Shown one piece after another: positions 1 through 16,100 of a stretch of 64,000 bases of DNA; positions within the stretch are counted from its first letter, which is position 1, and the number at the start of each line of letters is the position of its first letter. This stretch comes from Zygnema circumcarinatum SAG 698-1b (lineage: Eukaryota; Plantae; Zygnematophyceae), in NCBI GenBank assembly GCA_037447605.1, contig CM074817.1, forward strand, positions 2,480,001 to 2,544,000, written 5' to 3'. The notes beneath the pieces are model-generated. The model saw only the letters and a list, made by a program, of their open reading frames with translations, had not been told where the DNA came from and searched no databases. The position numbers were made by a program, and so were the translations under genes.

Positions 1-2918
1 GCGGCACAAAGCAACCAAGCGAAGTGTCCTCATTGGACAGCTCCGCAAGTCGCTGGCCACGCAGACGGCTCCAACCTTTGTGGAAGAGCTGAGAGGGGTT
101 TGGGTTTGCAACTTCAGAGAGAAACATCAAAACCAAATGAGCACAAATATGGACCGGACCAACCGAAAATTGTCAAGCGCATGGCGCATTTCAAGACACA
201 CAAAAGCTGCCCTGAACCCCTGCATTCTCCACGGTCCTGACTCCACTCCCAAACAAACCCACTTTTCCAAGCGCACAGACAAACACAAACGTCAGAACGC
301 AAATTTTTCTTAAGTTAGTGTGTTCCGCTGGCCAGTCAACGAAAAAAAAAAAAAAAAGGACGAAGTTTCGTGGTTCCCTCCGACCGCAGGGCGGCCGGCG
401 AGTCTTTGCACCCAGATGCGTTTTTGTCCCTCTCATCAAACACACACAAAAACTGTAACTGCAAGCATGGAAATAATTTTTAGGGTTTAAGAAGTGGGCA
501 GCGTCACGTGCGTTCTGCCGCACGCGTGCCTTGCGGCTTCAACTCATAACTTAGACGATCGCTCAAATCCTTCGCGATCAGAACTGAAGAAAGGTCCCAC
601 TTTCCTCTTGAATATGTGCATTGTGATTGGCCCGCCATGGCCAAATCCATCCTCTGCATTCACAGGTCATGCCTCCAATATGAGCCCTCATCATATGTCC
701 ACGCACTTATCTGACACATCTTGTGACTCGACAAAAGAAAAATCATACCTCACATGACATGTTTGCTCCCTCCTTAACTCGTCTCCTTCCTCTACCTCTT
801 CCCTACGCCTCTTTCCCCTCTGTCTCTTATTTTACCCTCCTTCCTGTAAGTTTCCGGTACATCTCTTCCCCACCCCCCCCTTCCCCNNNNNNNNNNGTCA
901 GCAGGAAAGCGCCGCAGCTTCGAAGGGGTTTGACGAGGGGCGGAAGGAGCTGCGCCAAAACCCTAAAACCCTAAAAAGCGGCGCACTTCGCACGTGTGAA
1001 AGCATGCGTGGCCGTTCTGTGGGACTGCTCCGGTCGACATGTACGGAAGAGGTCCATGGAGCGGCCGTACAACGAGCCACGTCAGAGACCAATCACGCGT
1101 TGGTTGTCCTCGCCCGCCACGTGGCCGCTGTAAATTCGCTGCGACCTCTGCGCCCTTGACCGGTGGTCACGTCACGGCGGAAGCGGCTGCGAGCCAGCCA
1201 GCGCGGCATCGATGGAAATGTTCGACAGCCACGTGGCGCCGCGCGATTGGAACCCCAAAGCGAAAAACTTTCACAAAACGCATTGTGGCAGCCACGTCGG
1301 CACCACGTTTGCGCCACGTTGACACCACGTTGGAAGCCGAGAATGGCTTGGCTTGTCCGTGAAATCACTTACCGCAGTGGCCTGCAGAAATCCTTCTGAC
1401 GGCGAGGGCACAGATCGTCAGAACGAAGCGCCTTTTCCCTCCTGATTGGAACCACACATCGACAGCAAGGTGGAGGTGTGAACACATCACATACTACTTG
1501 CCTCTCAAATTTGACTCGTGTGTTTTTTCCCTACAAGGAATGAAAACTAGCTTTCGGATCACTTTACTTCCTTTCTGTTTGTAAATTTTTCTAGGCTGTT
1601 GCCCTCATTTCACGGATGCATTAAGGGCTTCCCTCCTTATGAAGCTCATGCATTTGTTCGGGCAGTCCGACTGGGCTGTCTATGTGATTGCAGGCAAAGG
1701 CGGACACGTGGAACGCGGGATACGGAAGAACATACAAACTGACACTTGTATTGTAGAATGTGCATAGGAAGTGCTTACAAAGCATGTGGCTTCTGAGACT
1801 CGAAATAATAATAATGAATTTTCGTGCTCTTTTTCTTTTTTGTTTCTGCTTGTACAAAATGTCTGATGATGGAAAGAAATTCAAACGGAAACAGACCTAG
1901 AAACTACGGAAACTGAAGGCGGGACAATGGAAAGGAAGTGGGGATGGAGCTGACCGGAGCCAATTTTTTGCAACCATTGGCATCCAATGGTTGGTTCGGA
2001 CCATTGGCAATGGTTGGTTAGGACGCGAAACAATGGTTCGTAACCATTCCAATGGTTGATCCAATGGTTGATCCAATGGTTGATCAAATGGCCTGACCTG
2101 TGGAATGCTGCAAACCTAAAAGCAAGGCTGTGAGGTGTCCACGTAGCATCAGCAGTGCAAAAGGCGGCACAAAGCAACCAAGCGAAGTGTCCTCATTGGA
2201 CAGCTCCGCAAGTCGCTGGCCACGCAGACGGCTCCAACCTTTGTGGAAGAGCTGAGAGGGGTTTGGGTTTGCAACTTCAGAGAGAAACATCAAAACCAAA
2301 TGAGCACAAATATGGACCGGACCAACCGAAAATTGTCAAGCGCATGGCGCATTTCAAGACACACAAAAGCTGCCCTGAACCCCTGCATTCTCCACGGTCC
2401 TGACTCCACTCCCAAACAAACCCACTTTTCCAAGCGCACAGACAAACACAAACGTCAGAACGCAAATTTTTCTTAAGTTAGTGTGTTCCGCTGGCCAGTC
2501 AACGAAAAAAAAAAAAAAAAGGACGAAGTTTCGTGGTTCCCTCCGACCGCAGGGCGGCCGGCGAGTCTTTGCACCCAGATGCGTTTTTGTCCCTCTCATC
2601 AAACACACACAAAAACTGTAACTGCAAGCATGGAAATAATTTTTAGGGTTTAAGAAGTGGGCAGCGTCACGTGCGTTCTGCCGCACGCGTGCCTTGCGGC
2701 TTCAACTCATAACTTAGACGATCGCTCAAATCCTTCGCGATCAGAACTGAAGAAAGGTCCCACTTTCCTCTTGAATATGTGCATTGTGATTGGCCCGCCA
2801 TGGCCAAATCCATCCTCTGCATTCACAGGTCATGCCTTCCAATATGAGCCCTCATCATATGTCCACGCACTTATCTGACACATCTTGTGACTCGACAAAA
2901 GAAAAATCATACCTCACA
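1..2918. repeat. Gap-associated direct duplication: 1-754 recurs at 2164-2918
   Basis: The sequence from gcggcacaaagc to catacctcaca is near-identical at offset 2163, differing by a 1-nt indel and the A-run length. Copy 2 ends exactly at the N-gap 2919-2928. Probably a contig-overlap or haplotig artefact. Confidence 0.85.
1960..2092. repeat. CCAATGG/CCATTGG quasi-palindromic minisatellite (12-bp unit TCCAATGGTTGA x3 plus variants)
   Basis: Read directly. Related arrays occur at 10375-10560, 10938-10960 and 51683-51822. Confidence 0.8.
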
Positions 2919-2928
2919 NNNNNNNNNN

Positions 2929-4300
2929 GCGCAGGGAATTCGTGAGAGAACCAATTGACGTAGGAATGGCTCCTCTGAGACGATTATAGGAGAGGTCCCT
3001 GCACATAGTCCTATGCCATACGGCGCATTTTCTCAGAGCAAAATTGCATTCCATGCACAACCTTCAAGATTCAGGCACAAAAAACCCATTCAGCCCTAAA
3101 ATCCCAAAAGAGTGAAGGGGTTATGTGCCGACATGTACTCCAGGCTGACGAGGTTTCCGATTGCCGCCGGAATGTTGCCGCTCAGCTGGTTGCGGCAGAG
3201 GCGGCTGTGAGGCCCACATGCACCAAAAAGGTCAGTTGGTTACTCTTTTGGCGACTCTAGGGTTTAAAGTTTAGGGTCTACGGTTTAGAGTTTAGGGTTT
3301 AGAGAGGAGGAGGGTTTAGGGTTTAGAGTTAAGAGTTTTAATATGAAGGCCAGTTAGACTGCAGGACGTTATACTTGACAGGAAGCAAGCAGAAGGTAAA
3401 CGACCGAGATAACGGTAAAGCTGAGGCTGCATGTTCCTAGCCGATGTTTGATACTTACAGATTGGTCAAGTTGGTAAGGTTTCCGATTGAAATTGGGATC
3501 TCCCCTACGAGTTCATTCACGGACAGGTCCCTGGAGAAGCAGCGAGGATCTGATTTGTAAGATCGCAATCGTACTAATTCTGAAAAGGATACGAAGCAAT
3601 TTGATTTCTCTTTCACACCTAAGAAAGTGTACAGAGTATCGACAAGACTATTACAAAACAAGAAAAATCATTTGGAAAGGCTTACAAGCTTCTCAGGTTC
3701 ACGAGTCGATCTATGTTTGGGGGGATAACAGAGCTCAGGAAGTTGTCTGATAAATCCCTGCAAACAAAACGGCAAAACCCAGATTCAAATCACCATAGAG
3801 ACAGTGGCTACAAATGGTTCTCGATTATTTGTAGATGATTATTGAATCCGCCTATTTCATCATATTGTATTTATGGTCAGTCTTGGGATGACTCTTGTCT
3901 TGTCTTGATGCGGCTTCATCACACCTCCCCCGACTGTCTTGTCACATATACTGATGGTCTAGAATGCATGAAAGACAACTGAACGAAAGCGAAAATTTAA
4001 TGTCGAACACTCACAATCGCTGAAGAGTTGTGATGCTGGTGATCGACGAAGAGATGACGCCTAGAAGCGAAGTTTGCTTCAAGTTTCTGCCCACACACGG
4101 TAGTGCAACAAAATCTTTAGTTGAAGGCGACTTGGAATAAAGAAATGTTGCAAGATGTCAAGGTGATAACATGTCTCATTAGAGGCTGACGAAGAGAAGC
4201 GTAGGCCGTACATGGCTATTATATTGCGCCGTCCGTCACAGTCGACGCCGCGCCATTGGCAGAAGTTGGGGATTGAGGCCACCCACGTGTCCAGCGCACC
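2929..4300 (-). repeat. Gap-bounded duplicate of 4602-5973 (contains copies of LRR exons and part of the LRR N-cap exon)
   Basis: The whole contig between gaps 2919-2928 and 4301-4310 matches 4602-5973 at offset 1673. Confidence 0.9.
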
Positions 4301-4310
4301 NNNNNNNNNN

Positions 4311-6032
4311 GTTGAAACCGATCTTCGGAGTCTCCGAAAGGTAATTTCCGGTAACGTCGATGTAGACGTCTGCAAAGGCTTTGAAGCGGATCTGCAGTCG
4401 ACCGGTCAATAAGTTGTTGCGGAGGAATCTGCACAGCAAAATCTTGTGGGCTCAGCTCATGATAAGGCTTCACTTTTGAACAGTTTTGTGCTCTGCCAAT
4501 GCTGGCAATGCTATAAACAAGCGCTATCCAATGACACGCTCCAGCATTCAATCGGATACAGCAACATTTGAGACCTGTAAACACAAATGAAGGACTCACA
4601 TGCGCAGGGAATTCGTGAGAGAACCAATTGACGTAGGAATGGCTCCTCTGAGACGATTATAGGAGAGGTCCCTGCACATAGTCCTATGCCATACGGCGCA
4701 TTTTCTCAGAGCAAAATTGCATTCCATGCACAACCTTCAAGATTCAGGCACAAAAAACCCATTCAGCCCTAAAATCCCAAAAGAGTGAAGGGGTTATGTG
4801 CCGACATGTACTCCAGGCTGACGAGGTTTCCGATTGCCGCCGGAATGTTGCCGCTCAGCTGGTTGCGGCAGAGGCGGCTGTGAGGCCCACATGCACCAAA
4901 AAGGTCAGTTGGTTACTCTTTTGGCGACTCTAGGGTTTAAAGTTTAGGGTCTACGGTTTAGAGTTTAGGGTTTAGAGAGGAGGAGGGTTTAGGGTTTAGA
5001 GTTAAGAGTTTTAATATGAAGGCCAGTTAGACTGCAGGACGTTATACTTGACAGGAAGCAAGCAGAAGGTAAACGACCGAGATAACGGTAAAGCTGAGGC
5101 TGCATGTTCCTAGCCGATGTTTGATACTTACAGATTGGTCAAGTTGGTAAGGTTTCCGATTGAAATTGGGATCTCCCCTACGAGTTCATTCACGGACAGG
5201 TCCCTGGAGAAGCAGCGAGGATCTGATTTGTAAGATCGCAATCGTACTAATTCTGAAAAGGATACGAAGCAATTTGATTTCTCTTTCACACCTAAGAAAG
5301 TGTACAGAGTATCGACAAGACTATTACAAAACAAGAAAAATCATTTGGAAAGGCTTACAAGCTTCTCAGGTTCACGAGTCGATCTATGTTTGGGGGGATA
5401 ACAGAGCTCAGGAAGTTGTCTGATAAATCCCTGCAAACAAAACGGCAAAACCCAGATTCAAATCACCATAGAGACAGTGGCTACAAATGGTTCTCGATTA
5501 TTTGTAGATGATTATTGAATCCGCCTATTTCATCATATTGTATTTATGGTCAGTCTTGGGATGACTCTTGTCTTGTCTTGATGCGGCTTCATCACACCTC
5601 CCCCGACTGTCTTGTCACATATACTGATGGTCTAGAATGCATGAAAGACAACTGAACGAAAGCGAAAATTTAATGTCGAACACTCACAATCGCTGAAGAG
5701 TTGTGATGCTGGTGATCGACGAAGAGATGACGCCTAGAAGCGAAGTTTGCTTCAAGTTTCTGCCCACACACGGTAGTGCAACAAAATCTTTAGTTGAAGG
5801 CGACTTGGAATAAAGAAATGTTGCAAGATGTCAAGGTGATAACATGTCTCATTAGAGGCTGACGAAGAGAAGCGTAGGCCGTACATGGCTATTATATTGC
5901 GCCGTCCGTCACAGTCGACGCCGCGCCATTGGCAGAAGTTGGGGATTGAGGCCACCCACGTGTCCAGCGCACCGGAGGGGTCCGAAGTGATGCCGCTCTT
6001 GAACTGCAGGAGGGCACTCGCTGTAGCACTCG
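4311..6032 (-). CDS. LRR protein module B: LRR N-cap exon, three 72-nt LRR exons and a terminal LRR-like exon (partial, runs into a gap)
   Basis: GT-AG exons: 5885-6032 (ASALLQFKSGITSDPSGALDTWVASIPNFCQWRGVDCDGRRNIIA), 5132-5203 (DLSVNELVGEIPISIGNLTNLTNL), 4806-4877 (RLCRNQLSGNIPAAIGNLVSLEY), 4600-4671 (DLSYNRLRGAIPTSIGSLTNSLR), 4311-4428 (FLRNNLLTGRLQIRF...). These match the plant extracellular LRR consensus LxxNxLxGxIP. No kinase domain is seen in the window. Confidence 0.85.
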
Positions 6033-6319
6033 CTGCAAGGGGAAACGGAGACGAGCTTGAGGGAAGGGAGGGGAGGGAGGGNNNNNNNNNNNNNNNNNNN
6101 NNNNNNNNNNNNNNNNNNNNNNNNNNNNNNNNNNNNNNNNNNNNNNNNNNNNNNNNNNNNNNNNNNNNNNNNNNNNNAAATAGCTGTAATGGTTTAAGCC
6201 TGTACTGTAAGAGGCATTTTACAACATAACACAAGTCTCACCTTCACTCCTGGACTTTCACAGGCAAATGCTGAAGCATCCTTTGGAAAATTATAAAATG
6301 TTGTTATCTATTTACTCAC

Positions 6320-10203
<3,884 letters not shown>

Positions 10204-11065
10204 GGCGCCACGTGGCATGGTCCGCCTGGACGCGTGTAAGCAGGACAGGCTTGGAGGGTTTTGTCGTCTGGCCGCACGCCGACAAGAGAGAGGAGGCGAA
10301 ACCCTCAATGGCCACCGCCGCCTCCTCGACACCGGCACTGCGGCAATGTACTGCGCAGGGCGGACCGTGGGATACCAACCGTCGGAAGGTAATGGTTGGC
10401 AGACCAATGATGGATACCAATCGCTGGGAACAGTTGCCAACGAATGGCTTTCAATGGTTGCGAACAGTGGCAATGGCCGATTCGGTCTTACGCCAATATT
10501 TTGCAACCTGTGGATGTGTCCTATTGTTGTTGGCAATTGTTGGCAACCACTGGTTGGAACAATCACCGAGAAATGACGACGTCGTGTATGCCTTAAAGCA
10601 GAAACAGACTCACGTCTCGTATCCGATGGGAGCAACGAAGAAGTGCTTAAACCATGACCGCATATCGGAAAGCAAAGTACCGAAGATAATAACGAAGATA
10701 AACGAAGATAACACGTAGTTTTCCGCTCGTAGCTATTTTCTTTTGGGCTTAGCTTAGAACGATTGCGTAAAGGCATGATATCCTAAAAAAAACCAATTAT
10801 TTGTGGTTCCCCATGCTGATATTTTCCATGTAAATTTGATGGCCTCGCCATCGTGAGATCAATGCCACTTCCCTTTCCCCAAAGTGGCGAAGATACATGA
10901 TGTGTGCCTGAAAGACCATCAAATAGCGCGACTCCCGCCAATGGTTGATCCAATGGTTGCTGTTCTGTACCATTTCGTACAACTCCGCGCGGCAGCCGGC
11001 TCCTGTCCGTCACCGCGATGCGCCTTCAATTGCAAAACGACAAACCATACCGCCTGTACATGTGG

Positions 11066-11229
11066 TCACGTGGTCGGTGGCTCCTGATTAGTTTGTTTAA
11101 GCCACGTCAGGTAGTCGGTGGCTCCTGATTGGTTTGTTTGTGCCACGTCACGTAATCGGTGGCTCCTGATTGCTTTGTTTGCGCCTCATCATGTAATCGG
11201 TAGCTTCTGATTGGTTCGTTTGAATCTCA
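11066..11229. repeat. 41-bp tandem repeat, 4 diverging copies
   Basis: The core TCGGT(G/A)GCT(C/T)CTGATT starts at 11074, 11115, 11156 and 11197 (period 41). Confidence 0.9.
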
Positions 11230-12118
11230 TTTACGTGCGCGTGACGTAGAGTCCGCTCGTGGCGGACTCACCGGCCGTGGCCCGGATGACGTATGCAACA
11301 TGCTATTTTGTCGGCTTTTGCATCACTCGCACGAGCGGTGACGCCCGTAAGTCGTAACATTACTGTATTCGCACTTGCGAAAGTCTTTGGGCAACGGAAC
11401 CTTGACCGCAAGACGGAGCCGTTATTGCGATACGATACGATATGGTAAGACAAGATACGATAAAATGATAAGATACGATACGATACGATGCGCTACTTGG
11501 ACTTGTATGTGAACCTGGCGATATGGCACGATATGTGACACGCGATACGTTATGCATATTGTACTGAGCCGTATCGCTTAGCGCGGCCTCTCAGTCAGTA
11601 GCTACGGACGTCAGTTAACTACGTTCCGCTCCGTGATGGTTTGGACTCCGCAGTTCCGCTGATGATAGTTTCGGCCATGGTCCGTTCAGAACATGTTAAT
11701 CGCTTCGCCATTGCGCGGTGTTCGATTACAGGGCGCGTGCTCTTGGTTCAACCTCACTCAACCAGTTGAATGAAAACCGCCCGCTCGGCGGAATTACATC
11801 AGATAGCTGAACTCCGTCAGCAAAGTTGAATGCATTGAATTAAGTTGGACCATGAAAACACAGCATAATGTGCACTCCAGCCGATTGAAATTGTGATCTG
11901 CTCAATGCTTTAGGATATTATTGTAGTTGAGCGAATTCAAACGAACAAGCTTCACTCAACGAGCGGGGTCTGACAACAAGTCTCAGCCCTCCAACAATCT
12001 CAATCTCAGTATTGACCATAAAACGATGTATTTTCTATTGGTACGCTTTAACTTTACCCACGAACTCCCCCACGTCTTATGCCTTAGTCTGGGGAATCTC
12101 CCAATTCTGAAATCCCTA

Positions 12119-12150
<32 letters not shown>

Positions 12151-13176
12151 CATTGGTTGTTCTTGTCTGCCACGTGGCTGCTGCCAATTCGCTGTGTAGG
12201 CACCACGTCGGCGCCGACGTGGCTGCCACAATGACAAACCGCGCCCATATGGAACCCCACCCTGGGTCGTTCGTGACCGGTCGGTTCCTCGTGGTTTCTC
12301 CACATTGATTTTTGTCCATGTACATCGGACGGCCTCGCCATCACATGCGATTCCCATGCCACCTCGTCCTTCCACTGGGCCTCACAACGCGGCCCTCAAC
12401 GCACCCGCCATGGCCTGGGCCGCCAACTTGGGCCATATCCGGCCAAAGTGGGAGGGAGGGAGAGAGGGGCCAGCTACCGGCGGGACAAGTATCGGTATAT
12501 CGGCATCGCTCGTATCGGAGATGATATATCGCAATATCTATTCCAGACCGTATCGGGCGACGCCAGCGGATCTCGGACACATGTTCTCCATCGCCGCTGC
12601 CACGTGACGACATCTCTGCCGTTGACCTCGGCCCATCGCATCTTCAGCCGTTCATTTAAGTTCCTTTCACACGTGTCGGTACACTCACTTAATTCTGTAC
12701 TGTACACTGTCTTTTAGCGCAAATTTGTACAGTTTAACCGACTTTTTGGCACCGACATCTGTCCTTACTGGTACGGTATCTTGTCTTATTGTCAACGTAA
12801 AACATCCTTTGTTGCACCAATCGGAGTCGTCCGATCCATCGTTGTACAAACGAATCTTTATCGCACGTGCGAATGTCGGCTGGCGCGGCATGTCGCCGCG
12901 GACGGTAGCCCTCGGGGCCTCACTGCATCTTCAACTTTTTCGAGGGGAATCCATCCAATGGCGATACGCCACGCGGACAAATGTTCCACGTGTCTCGCCC
13001 CCATTGGTTGGAGCTCGACGTTGTTTAGGGCCTTCCCCGTTGCGACGTCGCGCCCTCGAACCATCTCCGCCTCGCCAGACCTTCAATTTTTTTTATAAGG
13101 GGACTTTGGAGAATTTGGGCAGTCCGAAAACATTTGAAGGCGAGGGAAAAATCTACATTTCGGTCCCGCATTGGCG

Positions 13177-16100
13177 ATGGCGATTTTTCGGGACGCCGTG
13201 GAGCCCGCGCAAAGCACTAAAATTGTCCTCCTCGCAATTTCTTTTTTTGCTGCCCTGACCACCTCAGGTGACCCTTTGGAATTGTGAAAAGGAAATTAAA
13301 AGGAATAAAATCGAATATATAACTCCTAAATTTGGATTTGAACTTGCTGTTTTTTCTTTATTTTTCCTTTTTTTATTTGGGGTTTTGAGGATGTTCGGGG
13401 TTTAAGGGGTCTTAAGGGGATCCTGGCGTTGAATGCGGATTTAGGATTTTCTCTGCTATTATTTTTAGGGTTTAGGATTTTGCATTTTTAGGCTATCAGG
13501 GCTTAAAGTTTCGTTTACTTATATTTTTAGTCTTTTTTAAAACTTATCGTCACCAGTTTTTGGGGTACTTAGGCCCTTCGAGAAATGTAAGATTTTAGGG
13601 GTTTAGGGTTTTAGGGTTTTCGGGTTTTTCAACGGGTTTTGGCCCTTTCGGGTTTTTCTGGGTTTTGGCATTTCAGGGTTCTGGTGCTAATGAAGCTTTT
13701 TAGAGATGGGCTGGAGAGAGAGAGATGCGGGAGAGAGAGAAAGAGAGGGAAAGGGAGAGGGAGAGAGAGAGAGAGAGGAAGAGAGAGATGGGAGTGGGAG
13801 GGAGAGAAGAGAGGGAGAGAGAGAGAGGGAGAGCGCGAGAGAGGGCGAGAGAGAGAGAGGAAGAGAGAGAGGAGAGGGGGAGAGAGAGGACGAGAGAGAA
13901 AGAGAGTGAGAGAGAGAGAGGGAGAGAGGGCCTGATCCTTGCTCCCTTCCTCTGTTTCTCTCTTTTCCGTACAGGTGTGATATTCGGGTACGCAGGGCTC
14001 TACAAGGTGCTGGCGGTGGACGAGCGGCTCTTTGTCGACACGTGCGAACCTTCGGAGCAGCTTCCATGCGAAGGGCAGAGGCAGAGGCTGGTCGCGGCCT
14101 ACACGCTCGGTCTGTGCGCGCTCCTCCGTTACAGTTTCAGTTTCAGTTTCAGTTCCAGTTTCAGTTCTCACTTCACCACTGAATATTTACTTTTTCCCTC
14201 CCACTAGCAGCGGGACATCATGCAGGGCTCAGATTCTACCTCACCTCATGATGAAGCTTACCATCGTTTTCTTTCTCACCTTTGCCCATCTGCCCTCTCT
14301 CTCTCCCTCACTCTCCGCTCCCCCACTCTCCTCCCATCCCCGCTCCCTCTCCCTCTCCTATTTCTGTTCCCGCTTCTCCCACACACACTCTCAATCCCTC
14401 TCCTACTCACCCATTTGCTCCATAACCTCTACTTCCCTCTCTCCCTCCCCCTCCCCCTCACCCTCTCATCTCCCTCCCTCTCCCACTCCCCCTCACTTTC
14501 CCACTCCCTCTCCCTCCCCCACACCCTCCCATCTCCCTACCTTTCCCACTCCCTCTCACTTTCCCACTCCCTCCCCCTCCCCTTCACCCTCCCATCTCCC
14601 TCCCTCTCCCTCTCCCCCTCACTTCCCCACTCCCTCTCCCTCCCCCTCCCCCTCACCTTCCCATCTCCCTCTCCCACTCCCCCTCACTTTCCCACTCCCT
14701 CCCCCTCCCCCTCACCCTCCCATCTTCCTCCCTCTCCCACTCCCCCTCACCCTCCCATCTCCCTCCCTCTCCCTCCCCCTCCTCTCCCTCCAGGCTCGGC
14801 CGCCATGTCCGGGTCCTCCATCTTCCTTGGCTTCGCTTTGGACGCGCTTGGCCCTCGCTGGACCATGGCCGGCGGAGCTTTGTCGTTTAGCGGAGGACTT
14901 CTCGCCATGGCTGCCGCGAAGGAGAGCTCCTCCTCCCTCCTCTTCCCCGCCTTCCTCCTCATCTCCATTGGGGGACCCGCCATATTCAACTCCATGGTGG
15001 GCCACGCTCTGCCTGCTTCCACGTCACCTCTCTCTCCCCCTCTCCGGTCTCATCCTCCTCTCTCTTCCTCACTTCCTCTCTCTCTCTCTCTCGTTCTCTA
15101 TCTCTCCCGTGCTCCCTCGTCGTATACTTTCCCTTTGTCCACCCTCTGTTGCCTTCTCCCTCCCTCGTTCTGCTCCCAGCTCTCCCTACCTCTCTCTCTC
15201 CATCCCCCTGCCTCTCCCATCCTCTCCCTCCCATGCTTCTCCCCCTCTCGCTCACTCTCCCTCACACCCTCCCATGGCTGCATTGCCTCCCACAGTTGAA
15301 CTTTGCGGAGCTCATTCCGTTCTACTCTGCCGCTATAATCGCTGCTCAGAATGGAATGTTCGACTCCTCCTCTCTCGTTCTCTTCCTCATGGGAAAACTG
15401 GTGGAGTTTCAACACCTCTCTCTCTCTACCATCCTGCTCGCCTACCAGGCAGTGCCTATTTCACTCTTCCTTGCAGCCATCTTCCTCGTCGCAGACAAGT
15501 GAGGACTTACTTAGCACCATCGATTTCCCACTTTTCATTTCGTGAGGAAACCTAAGAGGAGAAACGGACGAATGAGTTTTCCCTCCTCAGGAAAATACAG
15601 CTTAAAGTATCTTATTCGGCAGGATGTTGAACAATTGGAAACTGAAAACTCAAATAAGATTAAGTATTTTGCGATTGATCCTTCCTATGTCTCTGTTTCC
15701 CCACTCCAGCTCTGGAGAAAGTCTCTCTCTAAACTCACTCTGTCTCTCCCTCTCCCTCTCTCTCTCTCCCTCTCCCTCTCCCTCTCCCTCTCCTCTCCTC
15801 TCCCTCTCCCTCTCCCTCTCCCTCTCCCTCTCCCTCTCCTCTCCCTCTCCTCCCTCTCCCTCTCCTCTCCTCTCCCTCTCCCTCACCTCTCCCTCTCCTC
15901 TCCCTCCCTCTCCTCTCCCTCTCCCTCTCCCTCCTCTCCCTCTCCCTCTCGCTCTCCACTCTCCCTCTCCCTCTCACTCTCCCTCTCCTCTCCCCTCTCC
16001 CTCTCCCTCTCCCTCTCCCTCTCCCTCTCCCTCTCCCTCTCCTCTCCCTCTCCTCCTCTCCTCTCCTCTCCCTCTCCTCTCCCTCTCCTCTCCCTCTCCT

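Noticed and set aside
527-650. Candidate terminal exon on minus (DGFGHGGPITMHIFKRKVGPFFSSDREGFERSSKL*) that might end the LRR gene
   Set aside because: No family motif, it cannot be connected across three gaps, and it lies in a duplicated block.
3255-3335. Telomere or chromosome end suggested by TTTAGGG repeats
   Set aside because: The repeats are short, degenerate and interstitial inside introns; they are not a terminal array.
11066-11229. Possible CRISPR-like array (also considered the 18-bp array at 61865 and the CCAATGG arrays)
   Set aside because: The units are contiguous tandem repeats with no unique spacers, there are no cas genes, and the context is eukaryotic.
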